DNA of 64,000 nt from positions 1 to 64,000 of IMG/VR virus record IMGVR_UViG_3300027833_001310; one strand, written 5' to 3'. Positions 17,648 to 27,156 of this stretch are shown here, piece by piece (positions within the stretch are counted from its first letter, which is position 1; each line of letters starts with the position of its first letter). Source of the stretch: a virus. The notes below the pieces were generated by a model. It was not told the DNA's origin and made no database searches. It was given only the letters and a program-made list of their open reading frames with translations. The translations under genes were made by a program, and so were the position numbers.

Positions 17648-19921
17648 ATGAAACAGGTTATTATATATCCAGGAAGATTCCAGCCAATGCTTTCGCATCA
17701 TGCAGAAGTATACAGCCAATTACAGAGTCAGTTTCCAGAAGCTGACGTATATATTGGAACCAGCGATAAAGTAGAAAGTGGTAAATCACCATTTACTTTC
17801 AAAGAAAAACAACTAATAGCACAGGCACACGGCATTGATCCTAGCAAAATATTGCAGGCAAAACGCCCTTACCATAAAGATGATTATCCTTTTGATGAGG
17901 ATAATACTGTTATTATTTTTGCTGTAGGCGAGAAGGATATGGATAGATTTCCTTTTAGTAATGTCAATTCTGAGACAGGATTAGACATGATGGTGAAAGA
18001 TAATTCCAAGCCAAAGTACTATCAGAAGATAAATACATATAGAACTGATCCAAAGCCAATGGCTGAACGTGGATACATAACACTTGCTCCTACTATATCA
18101 GTAGATAATGAAGTAGCAAGTGCTAGTGCTTTTAGAGATGCATTAAAAAATGCTCCAGATAAAGAAAGTGCTGAACAAGTATACACTAAGCAATTTGGAA
18201 ACTTTGATCCAAAAATATTTGAACTAATATACGGTAAAATTACAGGGCAAAACGATATGAACGAAGAACTAAATAAAATCAGAAAACTTGCAGGCATGCA
18301 GCCTCTAACAGAAAGTTTTGACCCATCAATGGAACCAAGCAGTGAGTCAACTATGTTTAACGATGCAATGGATGCATACGATGACCATGGTGAAGATGGC
18401 TTAGCACAACATTTAGGTATGAGCTCACAAGAGTTTGATCAAGAGCTTAATGAACTAGGCGCTGAAAAAGGTTTACATGCAGATGACAACCGTGACGAAC
18501 TAGTACAACTTCTTGTACAAGATCTTATAGACAATAGAGAAGTAGAGCAACATGAAGCAGTAGAAGAAGCTGCCGAAGAAGATACTAGAGAGATTGCAGT
18601 TAATAAAGCAATTCCACTTAGTGGTGATAGCATTTGGGACGAAAAGGGCGAAAATCCTAAGTCAGTAAATGTTGAAAGTGTTTCAGTAACTAACGATTTA
18701 GATGACGATAATTATTCATCTGTTAATGTTAAGCATGACGGTCCTTGGACTATATACACTGACACTGGTTTCGAAAAAGCAATATCAGAAATTGTAGGAT
18801 TCAAAGTCGTATTTACAGAACAAGGTATGCAAGAAGAGGGGATGGCAAGCATGGAAGGCAACACTGACGATATAGGTCAAAATGAAGACCTAGATAGAAT
18901 GAGACATTTAGCAGGACTCGAAGAAGCAGAAATGCCAGACTTTGATAAAGGTGAGCGTCCTAGTAATTCAAAAGAACGTGCCGCTTATCGTAAGTGGAAG
19001 AAAGACGGTTCTGCAAGTTCAAAAGATGACATGTCAGATGTAGTATCAATTAGTCCTAAAGACAAAAGAGATGCTGAAGCAAGACCTGCAAACGCAGCCG
19101 CAGCTGATCCATCTAAAGCACAATTTACAGATATTAATTTAGACACTATGAAAGTAGATGGTAAGTCTATTCCTAGTAGCCAACGTGCTAAAAGTATTGC
19201 AAACCAAATACCAGATAACGTAGACTTAAATGATCCAGCAGTTAAGAAAGAAGCATTCTTAAAGTTTACTGCAAAAAGACCAGACTTAATGCTTGGTGAG
19301 ATTAATGCACGTTTAACAAATGATGATGCAGGCTTAGCACTAAGCGATAGACTTAGTCCTATAGTAAGACAGTTAGAAGATAGTCGTAACATCATGGAAC
19401 TTGATAAAGAAGATAAAGCATTTGCTTTAAAAATATTAAACACTGCCATAAACAATATGGAATTAGTTAAATCTACAGACATTGACAAGCAAATTGACGT
19501 AGAGCCAATGCAAATGGATGTCGAAGACGAGCCAGAAATAGGCGACGACGAAATGGTACCAGTATTAGATGTAGAAGATGATGACACATTCGAAAAAGAA
19601 AGTGTAGATTTATCAAGCATCAGAGACGAGTACGGTATATCAGAAGAGCCTGAAGTTATTCAGAATAACGCATGTGAACAGTGTGGTAGCACAGAATGTG
19701 AGTGCGAACCAGGAACATGTGAGTGTGATCCAGTTGAAGAAGGTAGAATGAAAGACGTTATTCAGGATGCTATGGACATGAGTAGAGAAGAATTTGAACA
19801 AGCAAGACCCGGGTTTGATTATGATGAAGTACTTGCAGACTACGGTGATGAGTTAGACGAAGCAGTTGAAAACACAATTGATGTTGCTATAAGCGAGTTG
19901 AAGCAACTAGCAGGTATTTAA
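17648..19921 (+). CDS. HIGH-type nucleotidyltransferase domain fused to acidic modules
   Basis: IIYPGRFQP, SPFTFKEK, AVGEKD, SASAFR; three LAG-motif copies; Cys-rich CEQC..CECE..CECD. Confidence 0.7.
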   Translation: MKQVIIYPGRFQPMLSHHAEVYSQLQSQFPEADVYIGTSDKVESGKSPFTFKEKQLIAQAHGIDPSKILQAKRPYHKDDYPFDEDNTVIIFAVGEKDMDRFPFSNVNSETGLDMMVKDNSKPKYYQKINTYRTDPKPMAERGYITLAPTISVDNEVASASAFRDALKNAPDKESAEQVYTKQFGNFDPKIFELIYGKITGQNDMNEELNKIRKLAGMQPLTESFDPSMEPSSESTMFNDAMDAYDDHGEDGLAQHLGMSSQEFDQELNELGAEKGLHADDNRDELVQLLVQDLIDNREVEQHEAVEEAAEEDTREIAVNKAIPLSGDSIWDEKGENPKSVNVESVSVTNDLDDDNYSSVNVKHDGPWTIYTDTGFEKAISEIVGFKVVFTEQGMQEEGMASMEGNTDDIGQNEDLDRMRHLAGLEEAEMPDFDKGERPSNSKERAAYRKWKKDGSASSKDDMSDVVSISPKDKRDAEARPANAAAADPSKAQFTDINLDTMKVDGKSIPSSQRAKSIANQIPDNVDLNDPAVKKEAFLKFTAKRPDLMLGEINARLTNDDAGLALSDRLSPIVRQLEDSRNIMELDKEDKAFALKILNTAINNMELVKSTDIDKQIDVEPMQMDVEDEPEIGDDEMVPVLDVEDDDTFEKESVDLSSIRDEYGISEEPEVIQNNACEQCGSTECECEPGTCECDPVEEGRMKDVIQDAMDMSREEFEQARPGFDYDEVLADYGDELDEAVENTIDVAISELKQLAGI

Positions 19922-19923
19922 CA

Positions 19924-20268
19924 ATGAATGAAATACAAAGATTACAACAACTAGCAGGTTTATCAATCACTGAAGCAGAAACAGGTGACGAAGTTACTAA
20001 AACTGTAGCCGGTCATACTGATGATGAAAAAGATATGATTATGAAACAGTTATATCAAACAGGCAAGTACTGTGTAGAACTTTATAAGATGTTAGGTGAT
20101 ATGGATGAGAACACAGACTTCCCACATTGGTGGCAGGGTAAGATTGTTAAAGCAACTGACTACATTGGTGCAGCCAAACATTACTTAGAAAATGAAATTG
20201 AATCGCCTGACGTTGAAGTTACTGTAACACCAGATATAGAAGCCAACGATCCTTCAGGTGTTAGTTAA
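19924..20268 (+). CDS. Putative internal head protein, helical module
   Basis: MNEIQRLQQLAGLSITE then QLYQ..WWQGKIVKATDYI. Confidence 0.6.
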   Translation: MNEIQRLQQLAGLSITEAETGDEVTKTVAGHTDDEKDMIMKQLYQTGKYCVELYKMLGDMDENTDFPHWWQGKIVKATDYIGAAKHYLENEIESPDVEVTVTPDIEANDPSGVS

Positions 20269-20270
20269 GA

Positions 20271-21119
20271 CTAAATCCAGTCTGTATTATTAACTAGTTT
20301 ATCAGCATACTCAGGCCAGAATAGGCCTGCTCTAGGTCCACCATTACACTTACCATCGCTTTCGCCTGGTATCTTAATCCATAAAAACGCATCACATTTT
20401 TCTTCATCTGTGCCGCATGTAGGCGGAATACCTAAACTACGTCCTGGGGGATTACACCAATCATTGCCAAGCGGACCACTGCCGTTGCGGCTAGTGTCTA
20501 TAACAAAATGATCGTTTGGTCTTTGTTCGCATATTTGCAATGACCACTTCATACTTTCTTTTGTGCTTCTGAAATTGCTTACGTTTACACTAAAGCCTCT
20601 TACTTTATCATTGCTTACTATGTCTAACAACTTAGCAACCTCACTAGGTGCTAACCAATTACTATGTCCTACATCAACGTAAACAAGTGCGTTAGAGTTG
20701 CTTGTAAGCACGTCTAAGCCTTCTTTAAGTAAACTTAGTCTAGACTCAGCAACACTCTTATCCATTAGTGTACTGTGAGGTACAGCGTCTGGTTCGAATA
20801 TAACCATAGGTGCTCTATCGCCTATACCTCTACAAAATGCATGTAGGAAATCTAAATATGATTCTCTAGTTTTTGCACCACCTTTACTGTAATGTCCTAC
20901 ATCTCTTTCGGGTATATTGTATATTACAAGTACAGGCAATTGTGGATCAACACGTTTCATTAAACGTCCTAATCCATCATCGATGTTACAACTGTATTTG
21001 CCTTGTCTATCGCCGTACCAAAAACTTACTGGTTGCTCAAATATTTTTGCAACACTAGGATAAGCAAGTCTGTGGTCCTTTACTCTATCAAAGTTATTGA
21101 CCCAAAAGGGATAGTCCAT
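20271..21119 (-). CDS. Glycoside hydrolase family 6 (cellulase-type)
   Basis: VIYNIPERD, IFEPDA, YVDVGHSNWL, NVSNF, IDTSRNG, WCNPPG, WIKIPGESDG. Confidence 0.9.
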   Translation of the reverse strand: MDYPFWVNNFDRVKDHRLAYPSVAKIFEQPVSFWYGDRQGKYSCNIDDGLGRLMKRVDPQLPVLVIYNIPERDVGHYSKGGAKTRESYLDFLHAFCRGIGDRAPMVIFEPDAVPHSTLMDKSVAESRLSLLKEGLDVLTSNSNALVYVDVGHSNWLAPSEVAKLLDIVSNDKVRGFSVNVSNFRSTKESMKWSLQICEQRPNDHFVIDTSRNGSGPLGNDWCNPPGRSLGIPPTCGTDEEKCDAFLWIKIPGESDGKCNGGPRAGLFWPEYADKLVNNTDWI

Positions 21120-21931
21120 TATCCGTTATCTAGATTAGTTACATTTGTTGCAGTTAGTGGATGAGTGTTTTCAGTAGGATATGTAAAATGTTTTTTCAGT
21201 TCTGGCTTCAATGGAGCGTCCCATTCGCCTGCTTTACATTTCTCAATAGCCTCATCACTAATACCAGCAAGTTTCATTTCCTCATAGTCACTAAGCAAAT
21301 AACTTTTAATGTACGGAAGCATTTGACACGGACAAGTACCTGCCCAATGGAAGCCTAAGTCATTATCCATTGCTGGATTCTCATAGTCAAACATTTCCTG
21401 TTCTGGATTATAATAATAAGTTTTTGTAGTTGGTAACAGTTTGTATACTGTTAATCCTCTATCAGGAGTCCTAAACGCTGGTAGTGATGGCTTAATTAAA
21501 GTTCCGTCAGCAGCCGTACCAGGACTATAACTGTCAACTACAGCAGGATTGAACTTGTTAATCATGGACATGTCTAAACCATTAAGTAAATGTTGGCTTC
21601 TGTGTAAATGATCGATGTACTCACCTTCTAAACCTAATCCTTCGGATCTTCCTTCCATCTGGCCATTTGATGCTTCTAATCCTACCCTGTCTACATCAGG
21701 CTGGTAGTATCCGTATTTTTCACCCCAGTTCTCACTAATCCAATATTTCTCTACCTGCCAATCTGGGCCTTTGTTTATTAACTTAGTAACTTTGCCCTTG
21801 TATGTTTTAGTGTAGCCTTCTACTCCGCCGGAATGTGCTTCGTATACTAATTCTCCGTCAAGTAGTTCGCATGTTAATTTACCTGTGTTGCAATCTAAGT
21901 GCCAGTCCAGTAGTAAATGTGGTTTATCCAT
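21119..21931 (-). CDS. Hypothetical protein
   Basis: 270-aa ORF overlapping both neighbours. Confidence 0.65.
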   Translation of the reverse strand: MDKPHLLLDWHLDCNTGKLTCELLDGELVYEAHSGGVEGYTKTYKGKVTKLINKGPDWQVEKYWISENWGEKYGYYQPDVDRVGLEASNGQMEGRSEGLGLEGEYIDHLHRSQHLLNGLDMSMINKFNPAVVDSYSPGTAADGTLIKPSLPAFRTPDRGLTVYKLLPTTKTYYYNPEQEMFDYENPAMDNDLGFHWAGTCPCQMLPYIKSYLLSDYEEMKLAGISDEAIEKCKAGEWDAPLKPELKKHFTYPTENTHPLTATNVTNLDNG

Positions 21932-22466
21932 TTGTCATCCCCTGTAATTTTTTAAATGTTTTCTCTCGTCTTGCGAAAGCTCTTTTTAGTTTTAGATCGC
22001 CTGCAAGTGAACTATCAATAAACAGTTTCCCTCGTAAATGGTCTAGTTCGTGTTGAAAAACTCTAGAATCAATACCTTCTAACCAAACTTCAACAACTTC
22101 TTGGTCCACTGTTTGATATCTTACTTTAACTTTTTCTGGTCGTGTAATGTTTAAATATAAAAGAGGGAATGTTAAACATCCTTCTTGAATAACGCAGGTT
22201 TCTTCACTAGCGTCGAGTATTTGCGGATTGTATATTCCAATATCGCCTTCTGTAGAGTGTGTCATAACAAACATTCTGTGCTGGTCACCACACTGCGGTG
22301 ATGCAAGGCCGATGCCAATGTTCTCATGCATAATCTGAAACATTGCTTGCTGTCTTTCGATCCAGTTAACATCTGCACCAAACGGCTCTAGTGTTGCTTC
22401 TGTGTGTAATGCAGGATGCCTAGGTTCTACTAAATCTGCTTGCCATTCCATTTTATCTGTTGTCAT
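21924..22466 (-). CDS. def: Peptide deformylase
   Basis: GIGLASPQ, EGCLT, QHELDHL. Confidence 0.93.
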   Translation of the reverse strand: MTTDKMEWQADLVEPRHPALHTEATLEPFGADVNWIERQQAMFQIMHENIGIGLASPQCGDQHRMFVMTHSTEGDIGIYNPQILDASEETCVIQEGCLTFPLLYLNITRPEKVKVRYQTVDQEVVEVWLEGIDSRVFQHELDHLRGKLFIDSSLAGDLKLKRAFARREKTFKKLQGMTNG

Positions 22467-22927
22467 ACTGTTCCTAATACATCTTTATATTTATTATACA
22501 ATTCAACTTCTAATTGAAATGCTTCTTGTTCCCATGGTTGATTTTTTAAGTCTCTTATGAGGCTATAATCAACTCCCTTCCATATTACACCACAGCTTCC
22601 TAGCTCACCTTTAATAAACTGTTTAGCATGTACTAATTCATGACATAGTGTAAGTATTCTTTCATTAAACGTGTATACATAATTGTAACTAGTTTTAGCA
22701 ACGTTAATAAAAACTTCTTCCTTGTCACCATAGCAGTCCCCTGCTACGTTACCATCACACTTATTTATAAAATGTACTTCGACGTCTACTTCTTTCTTAG
22801 TTCTCGGCATGAGGTAGTTTAAAGCATCATAACACATAAACTCTATTTGCTTCTTATGTCTTATGTTACCAAAAACCTCAACATTAGTCACTGCCTTTGC
22901 CCTCAAATAATTTTCTAAAACTATCAA
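22463..22927 (-). CDS. HExxH zincin-like metalloprotein
   Basis: LCHELVHAKQF, QPWEQEA. Confidence 0.7.
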   Translation of the reverse strand: MIVLENYLRAKAVTNVEVFGNIRHKKQIEFMCYDALNYLMPRTKKEVDVEVHFINKCDGNVAGDCYGDKEEVFINVAKTSYNYVYTFNERILTLCHELVHAKQFIKGELGSCGVIWKGVDYSLIRDLKNQPWEQEAFQLEVELYNKYKDVLGTV

Positions 22928-23189
22928 AAAGTGGTGTTACTGCATTGTATTCGTTGTTGTATTTTATATACAGTTCGTCTGTGGGGTCGTGTTCGATAAT
23001 ATCGCCTTTGCTATATGTGATGCCTTCATACTCGACATCGTCTCGCAAAATTTCAATCGTCATACCACCATGATGAAACCACTTAGTCATTCGACCTTGT
23101 TGAGCTTCCATTGCAGTTAGCTTTTTGCCTTCTTCGATGTATTCCATGATTTCCATGTATTCCATCACTTTATCTGTGTATTGTCCCAT
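22884..23189 (-). CDS. Hypothetical protein
   Basis: ORF starting 6 nt after a sigma70 -10 box. Confidence 0.6.
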   Translation of the reverse strand: MGQYTDKVMEYMEIMEYIEEGKKLTAMEAQQGRMTKWFHHGGMTIEILRDDVEYEGITYSKGDIIEHDPTDELYIKYNNEYNAVTPLFDSFRKLFEGKGSD

Positions 23190-23195
23190 AATGAT

Positions 23196-23224
23196 ATTAT
23201 ACTATATTTGTAACTGATTGTCAA
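23196..23224 (-). promoter_or_regulatory. sigma70-type promoter
   Basis: TTGACA-N17-TATAAT. Confidence 0.85.
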
Positions 23225-24114
23225 TCAAAGTTAAGGTCTGTTAAGCCCATCATTGATTCGCCTGAATCTAATCTTCTTTTATATTCTTCTAGTTCTGGAC
23301 TAAGTGCCGTCCTTGGCCTGCCTACTCCTATGTTACCATTGTCAGTCATATAATCTGACCACTCTATATCCATCCGAACTAGCATGTCTATTCTTTCTTC
23401 TATGGTTGCATTTTCCCAGTGAGGGAATTCTTGATTTATGTTTACATTCCATGGATTTTTCCAAGCAAATGGATCAGCAACTCTAAATTTATCAGAGGGC
23501 CTACTCATCATTGTGTTAACCCAATTTAAACTATTAGATACTTTTATACCTTTGCTTTGTGCAAATTGTAACATATCTACGTGGCATTCTTTTGTATCAG
23601 ATGCGGGTATTAATAATCTATCTGCCATAGCACTGTATGTTTCTACGGTACCTGCTAAAAAGTGATCTTTCATTCCTACATTACGATCGCCATTTTTATC
23701 AAGTAGATTTGTGAAACAGTTAGTATACCAAGTATTTTCTGCAATAGGTGTTATAGGTATATCGTGATTACGAGTACTAAGCACATCTAACCTTGTTTCA
23801 AATACTGCATCATATGGTGTTTTTAAGTGTTGATGTCTTATGTTTGGAGCAACCATTGTAGCAAGTAAGGCAGGGCCATTCCACGATGTGTAAAAATTAT
23901 CATCCATGGTCATTACTATTGAGGCACTAATTTCTTTACCGGCTGATTCGAATGCACGGGTTATTGTTCCCATTTTTAGTTGTGGAGTTTGCCATGTGGC
24001 TACATAGTAATCTACATTCTCAGATATACTATCAAAGAAATCAAATACAACTGGCGCATTATAACTCCATGTGCGGACATGTCCTCTAAGTACAACTGCA
24101 ATATTTTTCATCAT
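23221..24114 (-). CDS. Hypothetical glycosyltransferase-like protein
   Basis: IAVVLRGHVRT, YVATW, YDAVFETRLDV; glycan-cluster context. Confidence 0.5.
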   Translation of the reverse strand: MMKNIAVVLRGHVRTWSYNAPVVFDFFDSISENVDYYVATWQTPQLKMGTITRAFESAGKEISASIVMTMDDNFYTSWNGPALLATMVAPNIRHQHLKTPYDAVFETRLDVLSTRNHDIPITPIAENTWYTNCFTNLLDKNGDRNVGMKDHFLAGTVETYSAMADRLLIPASDTKECHVDMLQFAQSKGIKVSNSLNWVNTMMSRPSDKFRVADPFAWKNPWNVNINQEFPHWENATIEERIDMLVRMDIEWSDYMTDNGNIGVGRPRTALSPELEEYKRRLDSGESMMGLTDLNFD

Positions 24115-24953
24115 ATAATATTTCTCTGTTTACAAAAGTCAAACATATATTGACCCCATATTTTATGTCCTAATGCACTTGGATGAAACACAATAAAAGA
24201 ATCTTCTAAACTGCCTTGCTCTATCATTGTATGATGTGCAGTAGAGTCTTTATTAATAAATGTATTGTTGTCAATCAAGTTCCACATAGTAGATAATTCG
24301 TTTGACATTACTAAGTTTTCATTTCTATAAACTTCGTCGTCCCAATCTCTAAGCATTTGTTCATGGTGATGATAAAATGCTTGATGCATAACATATTTAA
24401 TGTTTAAACTTTTTAACAGCATCTGTGTTAAAAATACTGTATGTATATATTTAGTAACAAACCCTTCAGGTGAGCCAAACATATCAAAGAATAAATTGTA
24501 AAACTGATTTAATTTCTTACCTTCTGTTTCGCCTAGTTGGCCTGTAAAGTCTTGATCTAAACTCCATGGACCGTACGGTGCATAGTTTGTATCACCAAAT
24601 CGTTCTTTGTAATAATGCTCTGTACGTTCCGGGCTGGTCCATCCAATACTAACTATTAAGTCTGATGTATCTTTGCCGCCTAGGTAATCATTGTCTGCTA
24701 ACCAAGCAACTAACTTTCTAAATATTGCATCATTGCTTTGCGAAGGTAAACTAAGATCAACTATATCTCCTATGTTTGCATGTTTAGCAAACTGATTTAT
24801 ATAACGATGCTCAAGCCTGTATTTAATATTTTCAGGAACACTTTGCCTCTCAAAACCACCACCGGGTAAATTCATAATTGGCTCTGGGTCAATTGCAGGG
24901 TCTACTAGCTCTGCTCCCCAACACCAACTGTCTCCGCATGCTAATAGTTTCAT
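24111..24953 (-). CDS. SGNH-hydrolase-like protein
   Basis: ACGDSWCWG, SNDAI, HPSALGH. Confidence 0.65.
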   Translation of the reverse strand: MKLLACGDSWCWGAELVDPAIDPEPIMNLPGGGFERQSVPENIKYRLEHRYINQFAKHANIGDIVDLSLPSQSNDAIFRKLVAWLADNDYLGGKDTSDLIVSIGWTSPERTEHYYKERFGDTNYAPYGPWSLDQDFTGQLGETEGKKLNQFYNLFFDMFGSPEGFVTKYIHTVFLTQMLLKSLNIKYVMHQAFYHHHEQMLRDWDDEVYRNENLVMSNELSTMWNLIDNNTFINKDSTAHHTMIEQGSLEDSFIVFHPSALGHKIWGQYMFDFCKQRNII

Positions 24954-25405
24954 TGCCTAATTTCCTTTATCTTTTGTACCCAGTCACTGCATATACCTGC
25001 ACACTGTACATCTAATGTATTTTTTAATGTAGCATCTGTAACTTCAGGCATAACCATAATACTACGCCTTACTAGTTTTTTACCTATGTTTGTCCAAATA
25101 TATTTCTTATTAGTTAATGAGTAGTCGTCGCTTTCTTGCCAAAAAGAATTAGCACGATTCATTTCTATGCCGCCAAAGAAATGTAATGCTTCGATGTTTT
25201 TGCAATGCACCCAATATTTTTCATTAAAATTAATTATAGCTGAAGGATATTGAGGTTTGTCATGGCCTAAAAATATTTCGCCGTCTATAACCCATACATC
25301 AACTTCTACTTCGAATCCTGCATCAAATGCTTTTTGTATATGATCTGGATGGTTCTCCATTTCCGAAGGACCATCTATGTTACCGCGATGTGCTATAAGT
25401 TTCAT
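24950..25405 (-). CDS. GDPD/PLC-like phosphodiesterase
   Basis: LIAHRGN, EN, VEVDVW, LGHD, HCKN; start set at the ATGA overlap. Confidence 0.75.
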   Translation of the reverse strand: MKLIAHRGNIDGPSEMENHPDHIQKAFDAGFEVEVDVWVIDGEIFLGHDKPQYPSAIINFNEKYWVHCKNIEALHFFGGIEMNRANSFWQESDDYSLTNKKYIWTNIGKKLVRRSIMVMPEVTDATLKNTLDVQCAGICSDWVQKIKEIRQ

Positions 25406-26121
25406 AATTTTATTTCGTGACTTAATATGTGTTGTGTTTGTTCCCATCCTTTAGTGATGTGGAATGTTTTGCCAAGTTGATGTTTAGCAATAACATCTGC
25501 TAATGGTTGATCGATACCCCATTCGCCCATCTTATCTCCAAAGAACATAAAATCTTGTCCGGAATGCAGTATTAAATCTACTACTTGTCCTTTGTGGGCG
25601 CCTTTCAGACAAATATCAATACTTATATCGCCTCCAATGAATACATCAAATCTTGGAAACTTTTGTTTAAATTCTTTTGCAAGTGCGAGCCTTTCTTGCT
25701 CAACTAAATCGTAGTGTTTATATTGCTGACGCTGAAGTTCTGTTGCGTCTCTTCCTACTATACTAAAGTTTACACTGCCAGGACGTATTGCTATGTGTGT
25801 TCCTGCTCTATCCGGATAAGGACTAGTATCTAACTTACCTTGTAAGAATTCTTTTTCTTCTTCGGTAAATTCGAACTCATTAACAGTTACACTTCTGCCT
25901 TCCTGTGTAATACTATTGCCCATGCAGTTAGCAACAAGTACTGCATTTTCAGTTATGTCTGAACCTATTTGTTCGATTGTGCGTTCGTATGTGCTACCAG
26001 TAACAAGTACATAAGTATGGTTCCAGGTATCACGCCAGTGTATGAACCAATCTTTAAACGCAGGATCTATATTTGCTCCTGTGTCTGTTAATACCCCATC
26101 TATATCAAATAAAAATATCAT
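25402..26121 (-). CDS. HAD-IIB phosphomannomutase-like protein
   Basis: FDIDGVLT, VTGS, NFSIVGR, IGGDISIDI, FFGDK. Confidence 0.8.
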   Translation of the reverse strand: MIFLFDIDGVLTDTGANIDPAFKDWFIHWRDTWNHTYVLVTGSTYERTIEQIGSDITENAVLVANCMGNSITQEGRSVTVNEFEFTEEEKEFLQGKLDTSPYPDRAGTHIAIRPGSVNFSIVGRDATELQRQQYKHYDLVEQERLALAKEFKQKFPRFDVFIGGDISIDICLKGAHKGQVVDLILHSGQDFMFFGDKMGEWGIDQPLADVIAKHQLGKTFHITKGWEQTQHILSHEIKL

Positions 26122-26447
26122 TCATTGCCTACTATAATTTTGTCTGTGCTGTCGCCGGGTACCTTAACACATAATATTGTGCAATCCTCATAAAATGTTG
26201 GATCAGCAATTTCGTTAGGTTCTATAACAAATATATCACCTTCTACTAGTTCTTTGTCGCATACTTTCATACTACCTTTTAGTAATACGTTATACTCTGT
26301 TCCAATAGGATGATAGTGTGCTGGCCATTGTTCATCTTTTAAGTGTGTTAATATGCCTACTTCAAAACCTTTTGTTTTTAATACACTTGGCTCGAAGTCT
26401 CCTATGAGCCAACCTCTGTGCATATCTTTTAATTTAGTTACTTCCAT
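26118..26447 (-). CDS. Cupin-fold protein
   Basis: RGWLIGDFEP, HYH..TEYN, GDIFVIEP. Confidence 0.7.
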   Translation of the reverse strand: MEVTKLKDMHRGWLIGDFEPSVLKTKGFEVGILTHLKDEQWPAHYHPIGTEYNVLLKGSMKVCDKELVEGDIFVIEPNEIADPTFYEDCTILCVKVPGDSTDKIIVGNE

Positions 26448-27132
26448 TATATTTTTCTAAATCCTCTGGTGTTCCTATAAATGCTATTTCTTCATCGTCG
26501 ATCATGTAATCGCCAACTGTTAACCCATCGTTAATTAAGTAGTTGTATGTAGCACTAATATAAAACTCGTTTAATGATCTATTATTTTCTGCCATCATTT
26601 TGGTACCAGCGTTTACAAAGTCTTTGCCTTGTTTCCAATAATGTATTCCTGTTAATGCGTTGTTACTAATTACTTCTTTTTCAACTACCTTTGTTACTAG
26701 ATTGTTTTCAATTAGAGCATAACTATGCTTAGGATTATTGTCTAGTATTGTAACAAGTCCGCCATCAAAATTCCTTAAACGGCCAAGTGCATCAGCAGAT
26801 GCCCACCGCATAACTTGATCGCAGTTAGCAATAACAAGTTCATCATCGTTATTAATTAACTCTTCTAACAATAATACAGACTGAACAGCGCCTTCTGTTA
26901 CATAATCAATTACAAGAAAAGTACAGTTGGGTGTAATGTTTCGCAGTTCATGCATTACATCTTCTGTTAAATTATGTTTAGGTAGTATGTAATGATAAGT
27001 TCCATCTAAGTCTAAAGTTTTTACAGCAAGTGCTATCATAGATATACCGCCAACTTTAATGTATGGCTTAGGTTCTTTATAAAGCGGTTTAAATCTACTG
27101 CCGGCACCTGCCGCAGGGATAACAATATTCAT
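26434..27132 (-). CDS. Sugar-phosphate nucleotidyltransferase (NTP_transferase)
   Basis: IPAAGAGSRF, PKP, NCDQ, VEK, EFYI, GTPEDL. Confidence 0.85.
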   Translation of the reverse strand: MNIVIPAAGAGSRFKPLYKEPKPYIKVGGISMIALAVKTLDLDGTYHYILPKHNLTEDVMHELRNITPNCTFLVIDYVTEGAVQSVLLLEELINNDDELVIANCDQVMRWASADALGRLRNFDGGLVTILDNNPKHSYALIENNLVTKVVEKEVISNNALTGIHYWKQGKDFVNAGTKMMAENNRSLNEFYISATYNYLINDGLTVGDYMIDDEEIAFIGTPEDLEKYNGSN

Positions 27133-27156
27133 GCTACTATTTATTTGGTTAAACCG

